This document shows, piece by piece, positions 34,818 to 46,033 of a stretch of 64,000 bases of DNA. Source of the DNA: Histomonas meleagridis 2922-C6/04-290x. Taxonomy: Eukaryota; Protista; Parabasalia. Below the pieces are notes generated by a model that did not search any database, had not been told where the DNA came from, and saw only the letters and a program-made list of their open reading frames with translations. The stretch spans positions 216,560 through 280,559 of the forward strand of contig JAANOX010000018.1 of the NCBI GenBank assembly GCA_020184695.1. The letters are read 5' to 3'. The stretch's first letter is position 1. The number at the start of each line of letters is the position of its first letter. A program made the position numbers and the translations under genes.

Positions 34818-35352
34818 ACAACATGAATTGTCAATTTTTTGTTTTTGCTTCTTTTTGTATACAAATTCTTTATGATGAAATCTTTATTCATTAACATTGA
34901 TGTCAACTAAAAGTGTTTACAAGTAGAACATTAGCATTAAATAATAAATACAAAAATTATTCATCGTAAACAAGAATTTTATTTTTAGTGATTAAGTAAT
35001 TACTTCTTCATGAGAAATATAAACATATTTCTGTTTCCAGAGAACATTTCGTTCATCACCAAAAAATTCTTCAATCTCATTAACATTAAAATGTTTTCTT
35101 TCAACATGATTTGCTAAAATACTATTTAGAATTTCATTCTTTTTATTACAACATTTGATGTTTACTTTTTTCATTTTTTTCATATCTCAATTTTCGGGTT
35201 CCATGATTTTCATATATGCTTTTGCTGAGGATTAAAGAAAATTACTTTTCCATTTTTACTAACCGCCATTACGGTTAATGCATTGAATATATTCAAAATT
35301 TTAAAATGAACGATAAAAATATACGATAAAAAGCACATCACTTGTTTTTTTA

Positions 35353-36159
35353 ATGTGTCAATCTCTGTTGGATGCCTTCAAGTGGAGACACTCAGTTCGC
35401 TCTTACACATCTGAATTCACACAAGATCAAGACAAAGCTGTTCGTTCGGCTGTCGAAGAAGCTAATGGATGGGATACACCATTCCATACAAATACCCTCC
35501 TTGCAATCACAAATCGTAAAGTAGACTATTATGGTTATGTCCTCAATGATATTGGATGTATTTTAGCTTTGGTACCAAAAAACCTTCCAGAAGAACTCAA
35601 GTACAAATCAATGGTTGATGTCAGCTTCAGAGCGCAGATAGCAGTTATGCGTATTTCGCAGCATAAAATTGGAACTGTTTGGCTTGGCGGAACGTTCAAT
35701 CGTCAACAAGCTGGAATTGACTTTCCAGATTATGAAATTCTTGTCTGCATTCCTTATGGAAATGAAAGTCCTAATTTAACTCCAACAGCTAAAAATTTGA
35801 TGAAATCAATTCGACCAGATACTCGAAAGCCAATTGAAAAATTATTTTATAACGTCCAAGAAAAAAAGAGTTACACTGAAGAAACATCTGGTGAACTTCT
35901 TCCTATGTTTACAGCAATAAGATGGGGACCATCTGCAATTAATCAACAAGGATGGACATTCGCTGTCGATGGAAAAGAGATGCATGTTTACTACGACAAC
36001 AGCATGAATTATATCGAGCCCGATACAGGAATCGCACTTGGAAATATCGCATTACTCCTCAAGGAGAAAGACATTGAACCCAAGTTTTATGTTAAGGAAA
36101 CACCTCCACCATCTTATCTTGGTGGGTCATACGTTTGCTCATGTGTCATTCAAAAATGA
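35353..36159 (+). CDS. Nitroreductase-family flavoprotein (two-domain type)
   Basis: RHSVRSY FMN-binding motif, GIGTVWLGG-like KIGTVWLGG and GPSAINQQGW. Confidence 0.8.
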   Translation: MCQSLLDAFKWRHSVRSYTSEFTQDQDKAVRSAVEEANGWDTPFHTNTLLAITNRKVDYYGYVLNDIGCILALVPKNLPEELKYKSMVDVSFRAQIAVMRISQHKIGTVWLGGTFNRQQAGIDFPDYEILVCIPYGNESPNLTPTAKNLMKSIRPDTRKPIEKLFYNVQEKKSYTEETSGELLPMFTAIRWGPSAINQQGWTFAVDGKEMHVYYDNSMNYIEPDTGIALGNIALLLKEKDIEPKFYVKETPPPSYLGGSYVCSCVIQK

Positions 36160-36328
36160 ATAAAATTTCATTTTAATTTGAAAACTTGAATAATTAAGAA
36201 TAATAAATTCATAAACCTGAAGAAGAATTAATTGATAATCATCTAGATGAACAATTTTTGCCGAAAACGAATTCGATAATTTTTTTGTTTTTTTGGCCAA
36301 ACAACTTTTTGTATGCTCAATTGGACGG

Positions 36329-36775
36329 ATGAGCAACAAAAACTATGATCCTCAGATGCACACAACTGAGCATATTCTCAATCGCACAATGGTCAACCTG
36401 TTCGATTGTGGTAGGTCATTTTCAACGCATTTGGAAAAAAAGAAATCAAAATGTGATTATCATTTTGAACACAATTTAACCCCCGAAGAAAAACAATTAA
36501 TCGAAAAAACAGTCAATGACACGATACAAAAGGATCTTGAAGTCAAGATATTCTTTGTTCCACCTGATCAAGCTCTTCAAATGGATGTTGATGTTTCAAA
36601 ACTTCCAAAAGAAGCACTTGAAAAAGACATTCGTATTGTTCAAATTGGTGACTACGATACTTCTGCTTGCATTGGCAGCCATGTTTCCAGAACATCTGAT
36701 ATAAAAGGAATATTTCGCATTACTTCTACAACCTTTGATAACGGAGTTCTAAGGATGCGATGGGTTGTAAAATAA
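36329..36775 (+). CDS. Free-standing AlaX-type tRNA editing protein (tRNA_SAD)
   Basis: HTTEH (HxxxH) and CIGSH (CxGxH) zinc ligands; IRIVQIGDYD; first ATG at 36329. Confidence 0.85.
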   Translation: MSNKNYDPQMHTTEHILNRTMVNLFDCGRSFSTHLEKKKSKCDYHFEHNLTPEEKQLIEKTVNDTIQKDLEVKIFFVPPDQALQMDVDVSKLPKEALEKDIRIVQIGDYDTSACIGSHVSRTSDIKGIFRITSTTFDNGVLRMRWVVK

Positions 36776-36803
36776 TAAAAACAATTTTATTATCAGAATG
36801 TTT

Positions 36804-37859
36804 TTATTGTTTGTTATCGCCATCTTTCTTTGATTCATCTTCATTTGAAATTCCAAATTCTTTGTATAGCTTTTCCATTTCTTCAGGGTCATCAAGCAAT
36901 CCTTGTATTTCATCGTTTTGCTTTGCTTTATCTTCTTCAGTTTTCTTATCATCATTTTCTTCATTTTTGTTTTCTACAGGTTTATTTTCTTCATCGAATG
37001 TTTCCATAGAAAGACGCATGGCTTCAAGAAGGTCTGGATCATCAATTTGTTCTGGTTCAACTCCATCTCTTTCTTGGTTGGCGGTTTGGACGCTTTGGGC
37101 GGTTTGATTCGGGGTGCCCTGATTATCCAAGTCCATCATTGAGAGTCTGAGCGCTTCTTGGAGCTCAGGATCTTCATCACCAGCAATTCCAGCTTCTTGA
37201 CGTGATAGCCTGATAGCTCTCTGTAAATCATCTTCTTGATCTTCAGGTGCAGGTTGTTGACCTTGAGGTTCTGTTGTTGTAGGTCTACGACTAATAAAGA
37301 ATTGTTGAACAGTATCAGAAAGAACTGTAACTCCTTTGTCGACTTTGAAAAATTCAGACTTTTCACCAAGTCTGTCTATGAATAATTTTAATGGTTCAAT
37401 ATTAATTGGATCATCACCAAAGACAACAATATCAACATTAACACCTTCTTTGTTTGCAAATGCAGCAAGTTCTTCTGCTTTTTCGTTTGTAACATTATGA
37501 ACAGAACCAAGAATAACAATTAATCTGCGATTTGTAATCTCCTTTGGACGGTGGCGAAGAGAATAAATTCCGCATTTTATTGCTTTTTCGAGTTCGACTT
37601 TCCCACCGCGTTTAACATTTTCTAAATTTTGTCTTATTTTCCTAGCTTCTTTTGTAAGGGATGTATTTATACCAAAATCTATATCAGCCATTGTTCCGAA
37701 ACCAACAACGGATTCACGATTTCCTCTTAAATATGCTCTGGCAAGTGTTTCAACAGTTGACTTTTCTGCATCGAATCGAGTAGGAAGGAAATCACCATTC
37801 AGAGACGAAGCTGAATTATCGAATAAAATGGTTACAGCTTGAAGTTCATTAAAAGACAT
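36804..37859 (-). CDS. RPN10: 26S proteasome non-ATPase subunit Rpn10/PSMD4-like
   Basis: vWA domain (DNSASSLNGDFLPTRF) and three UIM-like motifs (DLQRAIRLS, ELQEALRLS, DLLEAMRLS). Confidence 0.9.
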   Translation of the reverse strand: MSFNELQAVTILFDNSASSLNGDFLPTRFDAEKSTVETLARAYLRGNRESVVGFGTMADIDFGINTSLTKEARKIRQNLENVKRGGKVELEKAIKCGIYSLRHRPKEITNRRLIVILGSVHNVTNEKAEELAAFANKEGVNVDIVVFGDDPINIEPLKLFIDRLGEKSEFFKVDKGVTVLSDTVQQFFISRRPTTTEPQGQQPAPEDQEDDLQRAIRLSRQEAGIAGDEDPELQEALRLSMMDLDNQGTPNQTAQSVQTANQERDGVEPEQIDDPDLLEAMRLSMETFDEENKPVENKNEENDDKKTEEDKAKQNDEIQGLLDDPEEMEKLYKEFGISNEDESKKDGDNKQ

Positions 37860-38314
37860 TTTGGAAATTTAAAAAAGTGACACTATAACCGGCCAACTAA
37901 GGAATTTTCGTTTCTAACATGAGTAAAAATTGATATAATTGGAATTTTCGAAATGATTTGGGAAATAAGTCTGATAAATAAAAAAAATTTATGGAAGTCA
38001 AGTTGAGTAATTATATTAATAAAAAATAATGGAAATTAATAGTATATAATATTTGTTTTATTGATTGTTAAGCATAACATCATAGCATATTATGATTTTT
38101 GTCAATAAAAAAAACTCAGAAGATATCACTTTATTATTAATCGAATATGTTTTTTTTTAGCTTTTCCAATTTTTGCCGTTTGAGAGGTAGACGATTAAAA
38201 CGAATACAATTCTTAGTCAAAACAAACGCTTTAATTTGGGTGATAACCTCAAGTTGTATCCTAAAACCCACAAAACTTTAAATACTTTACCTATTCATCG
38301 TATTGCCCAAAACG

Positions 38315-39628
38315 ATGGAATCCGAGTTGCTACTGCATAGCTACGAGAGTAATCTAAAGCCACCTGAGGGCTTTATGTATAATTTTAGGAAATGGCTTTC
38401 CATTGTCATTGCAGGCATTTCATATATTTTCGTATATTTCCATCGATTCACAACAGCCGTTTTAGCCGACGATATGGCTAAAGATCTTGGTGTTCCAAAA
38501 ACATCACTCGGTATCTTATCTTCTATGTATTTTTGGCCATATGGATTACTTCAACCTTTCATTGGATCTTTTTCAGATATTATTGAACCTGGTGTTATGA
38601 TTGGTCTTTCTAACATCTTATCAGCAGTGGGTTCTTTTCTTTGCGGTTTTTCATCCAGTCTTTGGCTTGCATGTATTGGAAGATTTCTTGTTGGTTTTGG
38701 GTGCTCCGGTATTTTCGTACCCACCACCAAGATTGCATCTAACTGGTTTTCCGCCAAAGCTTTCCGCATTTTCTCTGGATCATTGATCGCAATTGGAGGA
38801 TGTGGTTCTATTCTCTCTCAAACACCACTTTCACTTCTTGGGCATATCATCGGATGGCGTTGGTGTCTTATTGGTGTTTCTATTATTAGTGTTGCAGCTG
38901 CTATTCTGTCATTTATATTTGTACGTGGTCACCCACGTAAACTCGGTTATGATTCACCAATTCCACTTCAAGAGAACGTTCATTTTAAATCCAGTATTAT
39001 ACAACTTTTCCGAAATCTTAAGCAAGTATTAGTTAATGCCGATTTTTGGATTCTCCAAATTTTCATGTTTCTTGGTCCTGGCGTTTTTATGGATGCATCT
39101 GCTATGTGGGGCATTCCATATCTCCAAGATGTTTATGGGTATACATCATCACAAGCATCTTTCATTGCAATGACACTTTCAGTGTCAATTATCATTGGAT
39201 CACCAACACTTCCAATGCTTGGCGAAAAGTTTGGCCGCAAAGTTGTTATAACTATTGCTGCTGTTCTTGCGCTCATATCGTCATTAGTGTTAACATTTGG
39301 AAGTAATAAGCTTCCAATTATCGCAATAATCGTTTGTTTCTTATTCTTCGGAATAGGAGCAACTGCTTCACAAGGAGTCGTTCTCGCAATATTCAAAGAA
39401 TATTGTGATATTAGTTTGTCGGGAACATTTGTAGGTTGTGGTAATACTGGACCATTTGTTGGTGGTGCAATATTCCAAACAATATCATCGGAACTGATTA
39501 AAACATATGGAAGTTATAAACATTATCCATTTGAAGCATATCAAATGGGAATGTGGGGGCTTGCATCTGTATGTCTTTTGGTAGGCATCGTATCACTTTT
39601 ATGCTCCCGTGAACCAAAGATAATATGA
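38315..39628 (+). CDS. Major facilitator superfamily transporter
   Basis: About 12 hydrophobic segments; FVYFHRFT, GRFLVGFG and GWRWC motifs; first ATG at 38315. Confidence 0.9.
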   Translation: MESELLLHSYESNLKPPEGFMYNFRKWLSIVIAGISYIFVYFHRFTTAVLADDMAKDLGVPKTSLGILSSMYFWPYGLLQPFIGSFSDIIEPGVMIGLSNILSAVGSFLCGFSSSLWLACIGRFLVGFGCSGIFVPTTKIASNWFSAKAFRIFSGSLIAIGGCGSILSQTPLSLLGHIIGWRWCLIGVSIISVAAAILSFIFVRGHPRKLGYDSPIPLQENVHFKSSIIQLFRNLKQVLVNADFWILQIFMFLGPGVFMDASAMWGIPYLQDVYGYTSSQASFIAMTLSVSIIIGSPTLPMLGEKFGRKVVITIAAVLALISSLVLTFGSNKLPIIAIIVCFLFFGIGATASQGVVLAIFKEYCDISLSGTFVGCGNTGPFVGGAIFQTISSELIKTYGSYKHYPFEAYQMGMWGLASVCLLVGIVSLLCSREPKII

Positions 39629-39865
39629 AATACAAAAAAAACTTAAAATAAACGAATAGTCAATATGTATTTTCAAAAAAAATAATTGCTGTTACAATGA
39701 AATTTAAAAAATAAAAATAACTTGTTTCAAATGGCATTTTTTTGGTATCGATACATATGTGTCACATTTGGAGTAATTAATACAAAAAAATGAGCCCCTA
39801 TTGAATTGAATAATATACACAAAAGTCAACCAATTTATGCCATTTAAACATTTTATAATTTTAAA

Positions 39866-41689
39866 ATGATTGCAATTGGAATTGATCTCGGTACAACAAA
39901 TTGTTGTGTTGGTATTTACCGAAATAACCAAGTAGAAATCATTCCAAATAAAATGGGTAAACATACAACACCTTCTTATGTAACATTTACTGATGACGGA
40001 ATGATGATTGGAAGTGAAGCAAAGGAAGCAGAAATATTTAACCCTGGAAATTGTGTATTCGATGTAAAACGTTTGATTGGCCGCAAGATCAATGATACTG
40101 AAGTTCAAAAAGATATTGTTCATTGGCCATTTAAAGTTATACCAGGAAAAAACGATCGCCCAATGATAGGAGTTCAGTGGAAAGGCGAAACCAAACATTT
40201 TTACCCAGAAGAAATCTCAGCAATGCTTCTTGGAGAAATGAAAGATCTTGCCGAAAAATACTTAAGGGAAACAGATCCAAATATCACAGTAACTGATGCT
40301 GTTATTACTGTTCCAGCTTATTTTAGTGATAGTCAACGACAATCAACCAAAGCTGCCGGAAAAATTGCAGGTCTAAATGTATTACACATCATTAACGAAC
40401 CCACAGCAGCTGCTATTGCATATGGTTTAAGACAGAATTTTGATGGACCTCGAACAATTTTAATTTATGATTTTGGCGGAGGAACTTTTGATGTTTCTAT
40501 TGTACGTATTGAAGGTGGCAAATATGAAGTAGTTGGAATTGGAGGTGATTCACATCTTGGAGGACGTGACATTGATAATATCTTATTTGAATATTTCGCA
40601 GATCGTTTCCAAGAGAAACACAAAGTTGACTTAAGGGTAAGTAGTCGTTCATGTTCCATTCTGAGGGCGGAATGTGAGAAAGTCAAAGAACGTCTTTCAA
40701 ACGAACAAAAAACGAGCATTCACTGCCAGACACTTTTTGAGGGCATAACGTTCACCGATGAAATCAATCGCGCCAAATTCAATGACTTATGCACAGAAAT
40801 TTTTGAAAAGACGATCAAGAAAGTTAAATCTGTACTCAAATCCAAGCAACTAAGGCCAGAAGATATTGATGATATTGTTTTAATTGGTGGCTCATCTAAA
40901 ATACCAAAGATTAAAACACTTCTACATGATCTTTTTGGTAAAGATCCAGTTCGTCGAGTCGATCCTGACGAAGCAGTTGCATTTGGAGCATCAGTTAATG
41001 CCGAAAGTTTTCTACCAAAAAATCAAGATGATGATGAAGAAACAGGAATTATACTAATTGATGTTACACCACTTTCACTTGGAATTAATGTTCATGGTGA
41101 TGTAACGAGCAAAATTATCAAACGTAACACAATAATTCCATGTGAAGTCTCAAAGAAGTATAAAACATGTCATGATGATCAAGATGAATTTGAATTCAAG
41201 ATTATAGAAGGAGAAAGAACTAAAACGGAAAACAATTATTTACTTGGAACATTCTATTTGAAGAATATTAAAAAAGCTCCAAGAGGCGAAACAAAGGCAA
41301 TCGTCACATTTAAGGTCGATGAAAATGGAATTTTAAGTGTTTCTGCAAAAGAAAAAGATTCAAATAATGAAGTTAAAGATATAAAAATCATTAACGAAGT
41401 CGGAAGGCTTTCGAATGAAGAGGTGGATAGTATGGTCGAAGCAGCGAAAAGGTATCGAGAAGAAGATATGATGTATAAAGAAAGAATTAATAAGATGAAC
41501 GATTTCCAAGGACACATAACGAAGACAAGAAGGAAAATCATAAGCAAATTCGGTAAAACCCATGAGATAATGAATAATATTACGGAGATTTTGGATTGGA
41601 CTGATCAAAATTTAACAACAGCGACAATCGAAATGATCGAAGAAAAAAGAAAGCAATTCGATAATATCGTTAAGCCTTTAATTGAATAA
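39866..41689 (+). CDS. Hsp70/DnaK family protein lacking the C-terminal EEVD
   Basis: IGIDLGTT, NEPTAAAIAYG, DFGGGTFDVS, LIGGSSKIP and DPDEAVAFGA motifs. Confidence 0.95.
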   Translation: MIAIGIDLGTTNCCVGIYRNNQVEIIPNKMGKHTTPSYVTFTDDGMMIGSEAKEAEIFNPGNCVFDVKRLIGRKINDTEVQKDIVHWPFKVIPGKNDRPMIGVQWKGETKHFYPEEISAMLLGEMKDLAEKYLRETDPNITVTDAVITVPAYFSDSQRQSTKAAGKIAGLNVLHIINEPTAAAIAYGLRQNFDGPRTILIYDFGGGTFDVSIVRIEGGKYEVVGIGGDSHLGGRDIDNILFEYFADRFQEKHKVDLRVSSRSCSILRAECEKVKERLSNEQKTSIHCQTLFEGITFTDEINRAKFNDLCTEIFEKTIKKVKSVLKSKQLRPEDIDDIVLIGGSSKIPKIKTLLHDLFGKDPVRRVDPDEAVAFGASVNAESFLPKNQDDDEETGIILIDVTPLSLGINVHGDVTSKIIKRNTIIPCEVSKKYKTCHDDQDEFEFKIIEGERTKTENNYLLGTFYLKNIKKAPRGETKAIVTFKVDENGILSVSAKEKDSNNEVKDIKIINEVGRLSNEEVDSMVEAAKRYREEDMMYKERINKMNDFQGHITKTRRKIISKFGKTHEIMNNITEILDWTDQNLTTATIEMIEEKRKQFDNIVKPLIE

Positions 41690-41955
41690 ACATATACGAA
41701 TTCCTGTTAAATTGATAAAGTTTTAATGTTTGTAATTCTTTCGTGTTACCAATACTTCATTTGTTATGACCTTTGTAAGACTTTTATTGATGAAGTGATG
41801 AACGGCCGCTTGGGAAATTCAACGGTTAGGCATCGTTTTGCGTCAGAAATCTGTATCGTGCTTCACTCTAATTTAAACGAATAAAATTCTTGTAAGATAC
41901 CGAACAGAGGCAGTCAATGTGAACGGTTAAATATAGACCCCGCCAAAAATCACAA

Positions 41956-42414
41956 ATGGGTGAGACAGCAGAAAACAATTTGAATGAATTCATACAAAGA
42001 TTACCAAGACTACATTTCACACACCAGGACTTATGTAAGTGCTATTCAATTTATATGAAAAATGAATATCAATTAAATAAAAATGAACCAATTATCCACC
42101 ATGTAGAACAAAAAAATAGACAGTACGTTGACGGAAAGCGCGTTCCAATTCGCTGGTCATCCGTTGAAATAGAGGCATTAAAAATGGGTGTAGAAAAACA
42201 CGGTAAAGGAAATTGGTCCAAAATACTTGGTGATTATCCTGAAATTTTTGGGCCAACTGGAAGAACAGGAAGAGATCTGAAAAAGAAGTGGATATCAATT
42301 GAATCTAAAAATGATTCAATTAAAAATTTTGTGAAACAGAACGAAATTATTATGTCGTTTGTTGATCCTCAACAAGGCGATGCGAACACAAATGAGTCCA
42401 AGATTCAAGAGTAA
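41956..42414 (+). CDS. Single Myb/SANT (telobox-like) DNA-binding protein
   Basis: RWSSVEIEALKMGVEKHGKGNWSKIL...RTGRDLKKKW. Confidence 0.8.
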   Translation: MGETAENNLNEFIQRLPRLHFTHQDLCKCYSIYMKNEYQLNKNEPIIHHVEQKNRQYVDGKRVPIRWSSVEIEALKMGVEKHGKGNWSKILGDYPEIFGPTGRTGRDLKKKWISIESKNDSIKNFVKQNEIIMSFVDPQQGDANTNESKIQE

Positions 42415-42562
42415 ATTATTATTTCAAAAAAAATCTTTAAATTTTCAGCGGTTTTTATCACCTAAGTTTGAAAAAAAAATTGCAATTAGCTAAAAACATA
42501 AAAAAAACTGTGTTATTAATGAACTTTTATTATTTTTGAAAAGTCCTGGAATTTATGAACTT

Positions 42563-44392
42563 TTATCTTGCACCTTTATCACGAAGTAAGTTCACTATTT
42601 CATTAAAGTGTTTTGCTGTTGCTATCTTAAGTGCTGAATTAAATATTTGAAATAATTTCCAATTATAACCTTAAAACATCAAAGAAGAAATATAAATTTT
42701 AGTTAAAATGAATAAATATTTTTAACATTTACATCAATCCCTTCTTGCTTAAGAAGCATTTTTGATATATTTAAATATTCACATTTTAGTGATATTATAA
42801 GTGCTGTATAAAATATATTGATTAATTTCCAAATAAAATTTTTAAATATTAAAATAATAAAACGTTCTTTAATTTAAATTAAGAAATATCTTTTGCATTA
42901 ATATCTATACCTTTTTGTTTGAGAAGTAATTTAACTATTTCAAATTGATCATTAATAATTGAAAACATAAGTGCAGTTTTAAATAATTTTAAGGATTTCC
43001 AAATTTTGTTTTTAAATATTAAATCAAACAAATAATTTTTATATAATATAAATCATCATTTTTAGTATTAATATCAATACCTTTATGACCGAGAAGTAAT
43101 TTAACAATTTCTATTTGGCCATTTTCAGCTGCTATAATAAGTGCCGTTTCGAATAATTTGAATAATTTCCAAATATTATTTTGATATTTCAAATATATGA
43201 AATAGATTTTAAATAAAATGCTTGTACATCCTGACAATTGACATCAATTCCTTCTTGATCAAGAAGTAATTTAACAATTTCAATGTTACCTTCTGCGGAT
43301 GCATTCATTAGTGCTGTCCAATATATTTCAAATAATTTCTAAATGTTATTTTAAAACATAATACATTTGTAATAAACACCAAATTAAATAATCAATCACC
43401 ACCTTTAGCATTTATATCAATTCCTTTTTGTTCAAGAAGTAGTTTGGCTATTTTAGTATATCCATATTTAGATACGTTTATAAGAACGGTATTAAATATT
43501 TTGAATAATTTCCAAAAAAGATTTCGAGATAGTAAAAAAACGAAAAAAGTTTTAAATAATATGAACAAATGTCTTTAATATTAATGTCAACGCCTTGTTC
43601 AATAATGAATTTAATTATTTCTATCTGATTATTTAATGATGCAATAGGAAGTACTCTCCGAAATGATTTAAATGATTCCCAAATATATCATTGAAATAAG
43701 TAAGTCTTTAAATAAATATCATTTACAGTATTATTAATTTTTTCTAGATCAAAAAGCATTTTGAATATTTCAACATGACCATTTTCTGCTGCCAAAATAA
43801 ATGCTGTTTTAAATGTAATGAATAATTATTAAATGTTAATTTTGAAACATCAGAAGAAAGAAAAAAGTATATAATAAAACAAATTCATATTCATAGAGTT
43901 AATATCAATATCTTTTTGTTCAAGAAGTAATTTAACTATTTCCGTATGACCCTCTGCAGATGCAATAGTAATTGGTGTATTAAAAAATTTCAACGATATC
44001 CAAATCTTATTTTGAAATTTCATATTATTAAAATCAATATCAAACAAAACAAATAAAAATTATTCATATTAATATCTATTCCCTCTTGTTCAAGAAGTAA
44101 TTTAACAATTTCTGTATGTCCTCCTGAAGATGCTAAAATGAGTGGTGTATCAAATAATTTAAATAATTTCCAAATATTATTTTGAAATAGAAAATTATTA
44201 AAATAAATATTAAATATAACAAATAAATATTTTTTTCATTAACATCAATTTCTTTTTGCTCAAGTAATAATTTAACTATTTTTATATAACCATTTAAAGA
44301 TGCTATCAAAAGCGCTGTATTAAATGATATAAATAATTTCCAAATATTGTCTTAAAATATCAAATTATCAAAATAAGTTTCTAATAAAACGA
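42563..44392 (-). repeat. Tandem array of 11 ankyrin coding modules, each preceded by a roughly 71-nt non-coding spacer (period about 170 bp)
   Basis: Modules start at 44321, 44151, 43981, 43810, 43660, 43493, 43320, 43150, 42980, 42810 and 42640; spacer lengths are 71,71,71,72,51,71,74,71,71,71,71 nt. Confidence 0.93.
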
Positions 44393-45751
44393 ATAAATAT
44401 CTTTTGCATTTATATCAATTTCATCTTTTGCAAGAATATATTCAACAAGTTCATCATTTCCGGATTTTGATGAATATATTAAAATATCAGAAGGAATGTT
44501 AGTGCTTTCTAGAAAATGTTGAACAAGATATAAGTTACCAATTCTTGCTGATTCATTAATAAATGTTTCATCAACTTTTACACCTTTTTCTTCTAAAAAT
44601 GAAAGAATTCCATAATTTCCACAATATGTACAAAAATGTATCAAATCTTTTAAATTACTTGGATTAGCTTTATAAAGCAAACTATCTTGTAGTTTGTTCA
44701 TCATTACATCGAATGAAAATCGATTTGTTTTATCAACCTTAAAACTGTTCTGTAATTGTTCCAATTTATTATCAAAAACATAATGAAATATTTCATTTCT
44801 GTGAAATTCAATTGCTATTTCGAATGTATGATAAAAAGACACATTTTTTTCAACACATAAATGAATTATTTCTAAATTCCCACCAGCAACAGCATATTTT
44901 CCTACTGTAAATGTAAGAGAACTATTTAACAAAAGATATTTAAAACATTTAACTGCTGAAAAAAATGCTGCATAATCAATTAATGAAACATATTGATTAT
45001 TAATAAATGAACATCTTTCATAAAGTGATGGTATAATTTTTTGATTAAAATTAAAATCATTTTGTGATGATATTTCTTGAAGTTTTTCTATTTCATCATT
45101 TCGAATTATTTTCGCAATTTCATTTGGATTATGTCCTTCTTTAACATATTTCTTATGAAGTTCGAAATCATTCTTTGCAAGTTCTTCATAATTTTCTACT
45201 AAAGGTTTTTCTATTGGTTCAATTCTTTTCAAATTTCTCCGACTTTTATTTTGATTGTCTAAAACATCGTTTTCAGTTTCAGTTTTACAATGCATGAAAT
45301 AATTTGATTTAATAAATTTGAGGATATTTACATCAATTAAATTGAGCTCAATCATTCTCTCTATTATATAATATTTTTCCTGTGATACTATTTCAGATAT
45401 GAAGTTGATAAAAATCTCAATGACTTTTGGATATTCTTGATTCATTTCTTCTTCTTTTGCTTGTAATATTTCTAAGTATTTAAGATATACATTTATTTCA
45501 CTTTTTTGAGATGAAAATGCATAATAAATCAATGTACAAATAACAGAATTAAATGAATATGGATATTTTGAATCAAATAGCTCCATTGTTCGTTGAATTG
45601 ACATTTCAATATTTTCTTCAGTTAAATCAAATATTACTTGTTCAAGAGATATAAGCAATTTTATATAACTAGTTTGAGTTTCATTAACTTTACCATTTCT
45701 CTTAGAAGAGCTTGAAGATTTTGTTGTATTACGTTTGCTGGTTTTGGGCAT
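42563..45751 (-). CDS. DUF3447-ankyrin repeat protein, interrupted (807-818 aa if spacers are removed)
   Basis: DUF3447 motif SLIDYAAFFSAVKCFKYLL...AVAGGNLEIIH; the first 453 codons end DINAKDIY; 11 stop-free modules follow, the last ending LLRDKGAR*; expression as one protein is inferred. Confidence 0.7.
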
Positions 45752-46033
45752 GCCTAAAGTTTGTGTTTATCTTCACTTGCAAAAAAGTGAAATATTTTTA
45801 ATAGTTTACGATTATTTAAATGCAATTTCATCGTTATCATCTTTTGTTATGTGCAAATGATTCCTATGATACAAATTTTTAAATTTGTATTATGAAAAGA
45901 ATATTTGTTATATTTCATTATGATCATTTTAAACTTTTAATCGTGAAAAAAAAAAAAATTATGTTTTGTAAAATGTAATTTGGAATTAACAAAATATTTA
46001 TTTATGATATATAAATTCATGGTATCAAACAAT

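Noticed and set aside
34992-35183. 63-aa minus-strand ORF between actin and the nitroreductase
   Set aside because: May be a gene relic, but no family could be recognised.
42641-44392. Canonical GT-AG or U12 AT-AC introns as the explanation for the spacers
   Set aside because: At least one spacer (44152-44222) has no AG, none has ACTAAC or ATATCC motifs, and AT-AC boundaries would not restore the frame.
42641-44392. Read-through of the spacer as a hydrophobic insert plus a -1 frameshift at T-TTA-AAT
   Set aside because: The heptamer is in phase in a few spacers (e.g. 44152-44222), but most spacers have in-frame stops before the triplet, sometimes at the first codon.
42563-44392. CRISPR-like repeat-spacer array
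   Set aside because: The units are divergent ankyrin-coding sequences of about 170 bp in a eukaryotic genome, and there are no cas genes.
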